A stretch of 64,000 nucleotides of DNA, taken from positions 21,273,755 through 21,337,754 of the forward strand of contig CM119267.1 in the NCBI GenBank assembly GCA_051294375.1, read 5' to 3'. The notes beneath the pieces are model-generated. The model searched no databases. It was not told the origin of the DNA and saw only the letters and a list, made by a program, of their open reading frames with translations. This document shows positions 38,886 through 51,151 of this stretch, piece after piece. Position 1 is the stretch's first letter; every line of letters starts with the position of its first letter. The translations under genes were made by a program, and so were the position numbers. This DNA is from Paraspadella gotoi. Taxonomy: Eukaryota > Animalia > Chaetognatha.

Positions 38886-39286
38886 AAGAGAGAGAGAGAG
38901 AGAGAGAGATGCGCTGGAGAAGATATTCGCAACAACCTCGCGGCAGGTTTCATGACTAAAGCGAAGAAAACGGACCAACCAAAAAAAAACCTCATGATTT
39001 GAAAAACAGAGTCGGACCAGAAAGAAAAAAAAAATAAGAAAGGGCCTAACGACACATGAAATCCTTTCGGAAAGAAAAAAAACACCCAGCGAACGAGTCA
39101 GGACGGCGATTTGTATTTTTTTCCCCTTTTTTTATGGACTTTCACGCCATTTTATTCAATTTTGTTTCCACGAATCGATTTTCCCACCGGTCAACGCCAT
39201 TTTTTTTTATCTCTTTTTTCCGTTCAGCATTCGATGTTTCTTTATTTCCGTTTGGTTTTTGTTATGAAACTTTTCGATTCGACGCG

Positions 39287-42200
39287 ATGACACAGAATAA
39301 AGAGGCAAACGGGGAGGTCAAAGGTGAGTTTATGGGTGAGGTAAGTGCGATGCGTTGCACTTTATGAAAGAGTGTCAGTAACTAAGATGCAACTAGTAAC
39401 TAAGTGTTAATACGATGCCCCCAATACATGAGTTTTTTACTTAATCGTACAAATTTAGTTTTCGCGTCGGAATTGAACAATTGTTCAATGAACACCAGAC
39501 TCAAATGTAAAAATAATTCTGTGGCACATCGGGCCATAACACTTTCCTGAAAACTTACCACTCATCTCAAAATGAACCTCTTGTAAACTACCCAATGTTT
39601 GTCGAAATATTTTTTCGCTCTTTTGAATAAAAATATTCTTTCTCTCCTATCATAATACGCGATCAGAATTGTTTTATCAATTAAAATACCTGCTGTTGTT
39701 GTAATTAATCGTTTTAGCTTTTGGTAAACTTTGTTAACTTTGTTTCCCAGAGAATGGCGCTTCGGTCGCTAATGGAATTCACGACGCGCAGAACAAAAAA
39801 AATGATGTAAGTTGTAAATTTAAGCTTCAATAAAACATTACTAATTCTTACCTTTTAACTTCCATTTCAATTCTTGCAGCAAAAGGCAAAGGACGAAGCA
39901 CCCAAGGAGATGGTGGGCGTGCTCGAGATCTTTCGTTACGCCACGGGAATCGACAAATTTCTCATGGTGCTGGGAGCCTTCAGCGCCATGGTGCAAGGAG
40001 CCGGTGAGCGGATTTAGACCTGGAATAGAATTTGAATTATTTTCCTCGAAGTTGAATTTTGGAATTGAATGTAAATCACCCGTGGACCAAATAAACCNNN
40101 NNNNNNNNNNNNNNNNNNNNNNNNNNNNNNNNNNNNNNNNNNNNNNNNNNNNNNNNNNNNNNNNNNNNNNNNNNNNNNNNNNNNNNNNNNNNNNNNNNNN
40201 NNNNNNNNNNNNNNNNNNNNNNNNNNNNNNNNNNNNNNNNNNNNNNNNNNNNNNNNNNNNNNNNNNNNNNNNNNNNNNNNNNNNNNNNNNNNNNNNNNNN
40301 NNNNNNNNNNNNNNNNNNNNNNNNNNNNNNNNNNNNNNNNNNNNNNNNNNNNNNNNNNNNNNNNNNNNNNNNNNNNNNNNNNNNNNNNNNNNNNNNNNNN
40401 NNNNNNNNNNNNNNNNNNNNNNNNNNNNNNNNNNNNNNNNNNNNNNNNNNNNNNNNNNNNNNNNNNNNNNNNNNNNNNNNNNNNNNNNNNNNNNNNNNNN
40501 NNNNNNNNNNNNNNNNNNNNNNNNNNNNNNNNNNNNNNNNNNNNNNNNNNNNNNNNNNNNNNNNNNNNNNNNNNNNNNNNNNNNNNNNNNNNNNNNNNNN
40601 NNNNNNNNNNNNNNNNNNNNNNNNNNNNNNNNNNNNNNNNNNNNNNNNNNNNNNNNNNNNNNNNNNNNNNNNNNNNNNNNNNNNNNNNNNNNNNNCTCAG
40701 TTAAACCTCAACGCGACCATTGGGAACACGACTAACACAACGGGACTTCCCATCGACCTTCAAAACATCTTAAAGGAATCCGGACTCTTGGATGAAATCG
40801 CCGTCATGTCTTATTACTTTATAGGTTATCCTCCTAATTCAATTTACGGATGTAATAGCTTGCTTATTAAATGAATTGATGAGTTCATATTGGTTGCGCA
40901 AATTAAATGCTAATTTACGTGGATGTAGGAGATAAAATATATAAAGACAGCTTCTGAAACATTGAAAAATGCGTTTAAAAAATATTTTAATAAAAACTTT
41001 GAATTTTATTACGTTTATTACGTGAATGACTCTTAATTTACCATTTTTTTGCACCTTTTTCCAAGGAATCGGGCTCGCCGTCATGATCTTCGGAGGCTTG
41101 CAGCAAGGATGTTGGGAAATGGCGGCAATCAATCAGGTGAGATCTTGGTCCTGGCTTTTACGACTGACTAATTTCCTGATTTACTGTTTGACAAACACTA
41201 ATTGGCCGACCGACTGACTGATTAACCGACTGAGTGTTCAACTCTGACTGATTGATTGACTGAATTATTGACTGAATTATTGACCGATTAACTGAATGAT
41301 CGACTGACAGTTCGACTGCCGATTGACCGCCGTCATTTTGTTTTCCATCGTATTCGTACTACAAAATCTTTAAACCTCTTTCACCAACCAAAATTCCCAA
41401 CCCATATTCATCCTCTCTCACATCAGGCGCTGGCCATTCGGTCCGCCTTCTTCCGCGCCGTCCTTCGCCAGGACATCGCCTGGTTCGACGAGAATCCCAT
41501 CGGCGAACTTACCTCGCGACTCACCGACGACATCAATAAGATCAAGGGTGGGATCGGACATAAGATCGGCAACTTGATTCAGGTGAGAGAGAGAGTAAGT
41601 TAATAAAAGTAGTAGTGGTGTAGGTTTTGTCTCGATCAATTGCTGAGGTTGAAGACTAGTATTTTCCAAGAAGTTCTTCAGTATTACTACTAACTACTGA
41701 TCTGACGTCTGCCTACGTATTAGACAAATTCTTTTGAATATTTAGCCTCAAAATCATTATTTTACGTCCATTGCTTACCTAGACGTATTTCCTAAACCAT
41801 CACCGAATTACTGCAGTGAATTGGGGGAAAAAAATTATCACTATAACTTTTAAAGCGGAAATTTAAACTGAAAACAAAAAAACTACCATCTAGGAAAAAA
41901 GTATATCATATTTTTAGTGGAGGATATGCATTTGAAAACTTGTTCGGTTTTTTAAAAAATTAAACTTTTTTTTGAATCTATATTAAATTTTCTTTCAGTA
42001 GCTTTCTTCCATTTTTTCGTAGGTCAATTCGTTTAAAAGTTATAGGCAAAAAAAGATCGCTACCTGAAATAAAAAAATGGCCAAAAAAATCATATTTATT
42101 TTTTATTATTTTTAATATTAAATTATTATTATTTTTAGTTTAAATTGAGTTAATTATTTTTTTATTTTTTTTTAAATTTAAAAATGCCAAAGGCAGTGCA

Positions 42201-45200
42201 CATTTCTTTGGTTTATAAAGGTGTTATTGTAACTTTCAGAAAAGAAGGAAAGATGCATAACATTGGCCGTAGGGCGAAAAAAAAATAACGTTAAAGGAGT
42301 GGGGAAAACATTTCACCATGATACCTCATTTCTCTGTACAAGAGCATTCCCAGTAAGCGGTAGTCGATACCAAGGGAGGGCATATCAAATATTGAGAACA
42401 TTGTATCCATATTTTGTTTATTTTTTTTATTGAATAAATAAACTTTTCAACAAAATTGTGTGTTTAGGAAGTTAACGAAAAATTTGCTTGAACAACAATA
42501 AAATTGTTGTTGAAGCGAATTTTTCCTCCTCTTGTCGTCAGTTTCTGAGCGGAGGCCTCGCCGGTTTTATTATCGGATTCATCTACGGATGGAAACTAAC
42601 GCTCGTCATCCTCGCCGTCTCTCCGCTGCTTGCCTTCGCCGGCTTCGTCATGGCCAAGCTGCTTGCCGACTTTACGACGAAGGCGCAGGAAAATTACGCC
42701 CAGGCGGGGGCGGTGGCCGAGCAGGTGATGACGATGATGATGATGATGATAATGGTCATTCTATTTTGCCGATGATGATGAGGGCTTTGATAATTTTATG
42801 GTTTTAGTATCTAAAAGAGTAAATGATAATTATAGGAATGATAATTATAGGAATGATAATCATTTTTTTCATCGTCAAGAAAAATGATATTTTTATGATT
42901 TTTATACTTTATTTTTCTTTTTTTTTTTTACTTAATCTCGTAACTTTCGTATATTCTACAGACCAAAACAATAACAGTCGATGACGATAATGATTCTGGC
43001 GATAATAACCTCTTTTATTGTTAATAAGACTTTAATTACATCTAGTTTTGACAAATATAAAGTTTCTGTCACAAATGTTTGTTTCTCTTCGCAAATATTT
43101 CCGTAATAAACATCACGACGACCATAATTGTAACAATACAATATAAGCTGCTATTTCCAGGCTATTTCCGGCATCCGGACGGTGACTGCCTTTTCCGGCC
43201 AAGAGAAAGAGTGCGCTCGTTACAACGTCAAACTCTTGGAGGCGCAGAGGACGGGCGTGAAGAAAGGGCTCGTGGGCGGCGTCGCTATGGGTCTCACCTG
43301 GTTCATCATGTTCTCCGCTTACGCCTTGGCATTTTGGTGAGCGTTTATAGAAACAATCGATACTGTGATTAGCACCGATTGATAATGCAATGATTAGACA
43401 AAAATGAAAAATAAAAAAAGAACACAATGAACAAAAAACAAACAAAAATGAACAAAGAACAAAAATGAACAAAAAAAAAGACACAGAGATAAAAGAACAT
43501 AACCGAAAAGAACAAAAAAATAAAATGACAAAATAAATGAAAGACAGATTAAGGAAAGTAAAAGATAGAACAAGCACGGACAGATACAAACATCAGAAAC
43601 GACGAAATCAAGACAAGAATCGTTTAAATGATAAAGAATTAGAGAAACAGAACTAATCAAATTTAAACAAACGAACTATGAACTAACACCCCCCCCCTAA
43701 CCATGTCGCAGGTACGGTTCATCCCTCGTCCGCGAAGGAGAGTACGGCGCAGGAAACATCCTCATCGTCTTCTTCTCCGTTCTCATCGGCGCCTTTTTCT
43801 TGGGTCAGGCCGGACCCTCGGTGGAGGTCAGGAGTTTATTTTCAAATCTCATTTACATTTTGGAGCGGTTTAAATTATTACTCATATATTTTTGATAGGG
43901 TTTTTTTTTTTTAATGTTTTATTTTTACCATTTTAGGGAAACATTTACTAAGGTTTAATGATGATTTAGTCTTCCACGTAATATTAAGCTATTTAATTGT
44001 CGTATTGTAGCTAGTATTGTAGCCCCTCCTATCAACTTTAACGCCACCTCATCCTCGTCCCATCAACCCTCTTCCTCTCCTACTTCCCCACCTGCTTCAT
44101 ACTCCAATCAACGCTCACTTCCTCTTCTTCCTCCTCCTCCTCTCTGCCTCTTACACCCCCACTCCTCCACCTTTCTCTCTCACCCCCCAACCCTCCCTTT
44201 CAGGTTTTCTCTTCCGCCCGTGGCGCCGCCTTCGTCGTCTACCGCATCATCGACCGCAACCCGCCCATCGACGTCTTCGAAGACGGCGTCGACAATCCGC
44301 TCGTCGTCAAGGCTGAGGTCCGTCCGAGAATGAAATCTTTTTTTTTTTTATATTTAATTTATTTTTTACATTATTCTTTATTTCTTTCCCTCGACAGTTA
44401 TTTTTCAAATGTTTTGTTCATTATGTATATTTGTAGATTCGTTAGTTCGTTTGTTTACTTGTTTTGTCATTGGTCATTTGAAAATAGTAAAATTTAGCAT
44501 ATGTAGTTATTTCGAGCTTTCTGTTAACAAAATAAACAATTTCACTTAATTCTAAATTTAGCATAAAAAATGAATAAAAATATAGTCTTTTTGTAATTCT
44601 AACCTACTTAATAACATAATTTTTGCAAAAAAGATTTATATTTTTTTCTCAACTTTTTCTGAGGAATCTGAATCTGTTTTCAGTATTTTAAAAAAAAATT
44701 GAAATTTTGTCATTAAATAAGGGTAGTACTAGATATATAAAATGAGCTGACTGGGCAACTACATTCGTAAAAAATAAAAAAATTTGATTCCAAACTTTCA
44801 CTTCGCCATTTCATTTATCATTTGTAATTTTTTTTATCATTTTTCTTTTATAATTTATTATTTGTCATTCCATTTTCGTCTTTCATCATTCGTCATTTTT
44901 ATTTAATAATCTCTCTTTTTATAATTTCTCTTTCAGCTTATTTCTCATTTCATATCATTTCTCGATCAGGACGAGACTCGCGTCGAATTCTTCAATCAAT
45001 CAAATCATCAATCAACAAATCAATCAAATCAATCAATCAATCAATCTCTCTCAATCAGGGACGAGACTCGGTCTAAAATCTCTCAATCAATCAAATCATC
45101 ATCTCTCTCAATCAGGACGAGGACTCGCCGTCGAATCTCTCAATCAATCAAATCAATCAATATCTCTCAATCAGAACGGAGACTCGCGTCGAATCTCTCA

Positions 45201-45349
45201 AATCAATATCAAATCAATCAAATCCGATCAATCTCTCTCAATCAGGACGAGACTCGCGTCGAATCTCTCTCCGTCACGACGACCGAAGGCTCCATATCCT
45301 TCAATGACGTTCACTTCCGGTATCCGTCGAGAAGAGACGTTCCGGTGAG

Positions 45350-45396
<47 letters not shown>

Positions 45397-47475
45397 GGAT
45401 CTATTTAGTTATTTATCTATTTTGTTAAATTTATTTAGTTCGTCCCATGCTATGACTGAAGGAAGAATATTATTTGCTAATTATCGTTTATATTTATATT
45501 ATTATTTATTATATTATAACTTAATTATTATTTTCGTTTTATTACTCAAGCTAAGAAATCGTATTGACCCTAACAATTGTCTTCTTCACCAGTGAATATT
45601 TTTAACCTCGAAAAAATCTAATACTGGAGCTAATTAACAAGAGACGTAGTAGAAATTGAAATTTAAAATTTTTTTTTAAGTTTCGTGCAAATCGTTTTTA
45701 AAAACGATCCGTTAGGTAAACGAAAATGAGTTAAAAAAAACGACGGTTCCTAGTAGAACAGATCAGATAGAGAGAGACACCAAACGGGAGCGATAGCAAG
45801 CAAAGGCGGCGCCATGACGCGCATGCAAGTGAAGGCGACGCCGGGGCCCAACTACCTCGTCCTTAGCCCGATGACGATCGTTTTGAACGGTGAGCGAGAC
45901 GGTGACGGCGATGAAGACGACGACGATGATGAAGACGATGACCGGATGGACATCTGGCGGAAATTTTTCTTTTTTTTCTCTCTCTCTTTAATACGGATTT
46001 TCGTGGAAGCTTTTATCGTCCCATGAATAATATGATGGCGAAACTGGCTGATAACCACGACAACGGCCACAATGTTTCGGAAAATACATTTTATGTTTTT
46101 TTTTTTTTAAACGGGATTTCTCTCCTTTTTCAAATTACTCGTAAATAAATTAAATCTAAATCCCCGAAAAATTAAAATCTCTCATTTTTATTTTCTCCTA
46201 CATCCTTTCTACTAAATCCTCTCAAATCTAAATCCTCTCAAATCCAAATCTTCTCAAATCCAAAATTTCTTCAAACTAAATCGTCTCAAATCCAAATCTT
46301 CTTAATCCAAATCTTCTTAAATCTAAATCCTCTCAAATCTAAATCCTCTCAAATTTCAATATCTCAAGTGGAAGACGAGGAATTCGCCCACGGAACATTC
46401 GGCCACATTTTCAAAGCAGAGTTGGAACCCACGATGGAAACGGTCGCAATCAAGAAGGTTCTTCAGGAGAAGCAGATGAGGTGTGGGCGAGAGAATTGGC
46501 GGGTGAGGATGCTGCGGTGGGGATCTTATGCTGCGATTAAAAGAGCTGTTGCAATGCTGGTCGGAGGCTGCAATGCGGATCCGATGCTGCAAGGCTCATT
46601 GAATGCTTCATTGATGACTTAATGTTGAAACATTGATCAGTCAATGCCAATAAAATGTAGTAACGCGAATCACGCGCTTGCCTATTTTCCTTTCTTTTCG
46701 CTGAAGTTGTTTACCTATCAATCATTTCTCAACAATGCCGTAAGCGAAGTGTTGTAGTGACGTTGTAATAGTGCTCTGAACTAACGCTTCATCTCCGAAC
46801 CCAATAGACCCGCGTTCTAGCCCTGGTTGGAACGGTCCTTACGAATGAGTGACGGGTCGGTTAAACAACCGGTAGCAAGCCTGCCGTCGGATTCGAAAGT
46901 ATGGCAACTGACGGAAGAAATCTTCCAGACCCACTGGGCACACTATATGTGGGGGCCACACCTGCGAAGAGGCGCGTCGATCTTCTCTCCTCTGTCACTT
47001 CAATGTCTTCCTCCCAACAGAAATCGAGAATTGAGCGTGATGCGACATTTGAGTCACCCTAACGTCGTGGAACTTAAATTCTTCTTCATGGAGGAAACTG
47101 AAAAGGAAGAGTTGTACCTCTACCTCGTACTGGAGTTTTTGCCGGACAGTCTTTACAGGTGAAAAGGATGTTTTACCTCGTTTTGGAGTATGTACGCGAC
47201 AGCCAGTTTTAGTCATTTCTGTGTTTGTTTTTTAAACTGTGGAGTGTGGAGATATTTTTTTTCAATCAACCGCCAGAGTGATTCGTCGTCTCACGCAGCA
47301 ACGACGGTACATGCCTTTGATCTACATCCGTCTCGTCATGTTTCAGCTTCTCAGAGCCTTGGCTTACATCCACAGTTACGAGATCTGTCACAGGTGACAT
47401 GGGCAACGGGGCATTGGTCAAGATACACGGATAAGTTGTTTAAGAAATTTTGAAACCCTGATTTTCATGCAATGG

Positions 47476-47533
<58 letters not shown>

Positions 47534-48976
47534 CCTTATTTCCTCCCACAATTCTCCCCACAGGGACATCAAACCCCACAACATCCTCATGAACTCCTCC
47601 ACGGCCGTTGTCAAGCTCTGCGACTTCGGCAGCGCCAAAAAGATCGTTCCTGAAGACTCCAACATCGCTTACATCTGCTCCAGATTCTACAGATCGCCCG
47701 AGGTTGGTCTGTCACAGACTCTGTGGTAGTTTTGTAAGAGATAGATATTATCAAAACAGAAAAAAACATTAAAGTAAAACAGAACCTAAACCAATGGGAC
47801 TTTAAATAATTTATTACAATATGTAAATTAGATTGATCTATTAAATCTTATTTGTATATTCTAAGAATCTATCTCTTACAGTAATCTTTTGTTTTGTTTT
47901 TTTTTTTTATTGGGGAAAAACCTTTCTATCACCATATCATAAGTAAGTTTTATATACCCATGTACAAACAATAAAAAAAAACTCCAGATATTTGTTTTTT
48001 TAAACTGTGACGATAAAGTCACGCCCACTCACGGCCTTCAGCACATCCCATATGCTCAGAGTGGGAACACACCATCCCAGGCGTTGTGTTCCATCCACAG
48101 TCCTAACGACTTCCCTCTGCGTTGGCAAAGCGAGACCGTCCTAGGGTAACCGCGCCAGTGACTGGAGGCGTCACTGAGGGTCGGAACCCCCCTAAAGCCA
48201 ACAGTGAGATGCCCCATCCCAATCGGCTTCACAGGCAACCCGGCTGTTGCCATAAAACACACTTTACGTTTTCCTTTTCTCTGTCACAAGCAGCAAAACG
48301 TGCTGACCACAACTTTCCTAACCCAACCCCTAACCCCCTTGCATCTGCCCCTTCCCCCTATTCCACCACGACAGTGCATCTTCGGACAGACGGCCTACGA
48401 CACTTCCATCGACATCTGGGCGACCGGCTGCGTCTTCGGCGAACTCCTCAGCTGGTGGAGTCATGTTCGTCGGCTCCGGACGCATCGATCAGATCGCGCA
48501 GATCATCAAGGTCTTGGGTGAGAATGTCCGTCCGTACGTTCGATTTCGGGAAAAAGTGAGTATCCGCATGTCCGTCCGATTTATGTATCGTTCTGACCGA
48601 ATCAACGTTGTAATAAATTTGAGAAGATTTGTAATAACGGAATGGGAGCGGAGAAGGAAACTAAACTTTTTTAAACTTAACTTATTCTTTATTACCCCGC
48701 CCCAAGTATCATATTACAATCGTACCCCATTCCGTTACATCTTATTTCGAACATGATCACTCCCTCCCTCTATCCGACAAAGGTTCCCCACGACTCAAGA
48801 CCTAAACAACATGAACCCCGAGTACGGAGAGCTGGAGTTACCGGTTGTGCCGAAGAAGCCTTGGGAGCAGTATTTCGACAGCCATGTCCCGCGTGAGTGG
48901 GCGAAAGAGAGTGATTACTTAATCAACTTTGTAAAAAATTATCTTTAAAAAATGTTCCTTCCGTCCCTGGTGGCTC

Positions 48977-49015
<39 letters not shown>

Positions 49016-49140
49016 GATTGCGCCACAGAGACATGTCTGGTTAAGTATTAAATATTTTTTTAAGAAAGTTGTTTAAAAAAATTATTACATTTAATTAAAA
49101 CAGGTATATTTTAATAAAAAAAATCGTCCCTGGGTGGCTC

Positions 49141-49191
<51 letters not shown>

Positions 49192-49308
49192 AGAGACATG
49201 ACTGGTTAAGTATTATAAATATTTTTTTAAGAAAGTTGTTTAAAAAAATTATTACATTTAATTAAAGACAGGTATATTTTAAATAAAAAATCGTCCCTGG
49301 GTGGGCTC

Positions 49309-49354
<46 letters not shown>

Positions 49355-51107
49355 CCACAGAGACATGACTGGTTAGTATTATAAATATTTTTTTAAGAAA
49401 GTTGTTTAAAAAAATTATTACATTAATTAAAGACAGGTATATTTAATAAAAAAATCGTCCCTGGGTGGCTCGAACCACCAACCTTTCGGTTAACAGCGAA
49501 CGCACTAACCGATTGCGCACAGAGACACTGGTAAGATTATAAATATTTTTTAAAGAAAGTTGTTAAAAAAATTATTACATTTAAATTAAGACAGGTATAT
49601 TTTAATAAAAAAAATCGTCCCTGGGTGGGCTCGAACACCAACTTCGTTAACAGGCCGAACGCGCTAACCGATTGCGCCACAGAGACATGTGTTATAATAA
49701 TAGTTTTGAATTATTTTTATTTTATTTTAATTATGACGGTTTATAAAACTTTTTTCAGAGCTTGACCCACCTTATTTTCCGTTAACAAACAGCCTAATTG
49801 ATTGCTCCACTATCCGCTTTAACAAAAATGGTCATTTGTAATTTAGTAATGATGTGATACAGGAGTGACCTTGCCAGGACTCGAACCTGGAATCTTCTGA
49901 TTCGTAGTCAGACGCGTTATCCATTACGCCACAAGGCCGCTTAATAAACTTTTTGAGTTGACTTTGTCTCAAAAATAACAAAATATCTTAAATAAATAAA
50001 AACTAAAGATATGTTTCATATTTCAGAGGAAGCAATCGACCTCATTGACAGCATGTTGCGTTATTCGCCAAAGGAACGACTTAAAGCCTTTGAAGGCATG
50101 ACCAAGGAATTCTTTTCGCCGCTCAGGTGAGCCACCCTTTTCGCCCCCCCTACCACCTTATTTCTCCCCCTTCTCCTTTCCCTCCTCCATCTCTCCCTCT
50201 CTCCAGAGACTCAGACCGTCGCCTCTCCGACGGCAACCCCCTTCCTCCGCTCTTCAACTGGACGAGCGAAGAGTTGACCTCGATGACGCCTTCAGTGCGC
50301 AGCCTCCTTGTCGACCGAAAAGGCTTCGACTCTGCGGATTCTGCCGACGCTACCGACGCTCTGAAGAACTGATCTGTTTTTGGGCGAGCGGGCCGCCTTG
50401 CGGGATGGATGTCAAGAAGGGAGCCAGATGGAGCGAAATCATGAAAGCTGGATTGCAGCAGAGTAATTTGTGGTTTATTCCAAATGAGATTTTAACTATC
50501 AGTATCGTTAGTCGATGAAGAATCATATCAAGAAAGTTCAACAGTAAAAAAAATAAACATCTAAAAACACTGCAATATGCAAATGAGATTTCGGGACTAA
50601 ATTTCGTTTGGACTAAAGCACAAATGATTCTGCGAAAGTATTTAAACACTGTGGTTTAGACAAAGATGTCACGAGACGCTCGGAGAATCGATTGGTGGAG
50701 CTTACTTTCGTACATATTTAATTATTTATTGATGAAAAATTGTTTTGAGGAAAATACAACATTTAGAAAAATCGCATTTCTTTTTATTGTACATAATTAA
50801 CCAGCCAGTTGCACGGCGTGCATTTTACCAATTTTCTTTTTTTTTTTTAAGGTTGATTTGTGTTGCTGTGGTGAGAAGCAATCAGAATTATCATCATCTT
50901 TCTATTACTGTCTTCTCGTTCTCCCAGATCCTGAACGGCCTGACCATGTCCATTGAAAGAGGACAGACCCTTGCCCTCGTCGGTTCCTCGGGTTGTGGCA
51001 AATCCACAGTCGTTCAATTGCTGCAGAGGTTTTACGACATCGACGATGGAAGCATCTGTATAAATGGCAAAGACGTCAGGCGCTACAAAGTTCATCAGGT
51101 GCTAGGG

Positions 51108-51151
<44 letters not shown>

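Noticed and set aside
48006-48256. RNase P/MRP, SRP, U3, 7SK or telomerase RNA identity for the structured element
   Set aside because: I could not find the paired P4 motifs, the SRP helix 8 motif, the U3 boxes or a CUAACCCU template. Left unassigned.
49755-49815. Additional tRNA-Asn
   Set aside because: Only a faint degenerate remnant that cannot form a cloverleaf.
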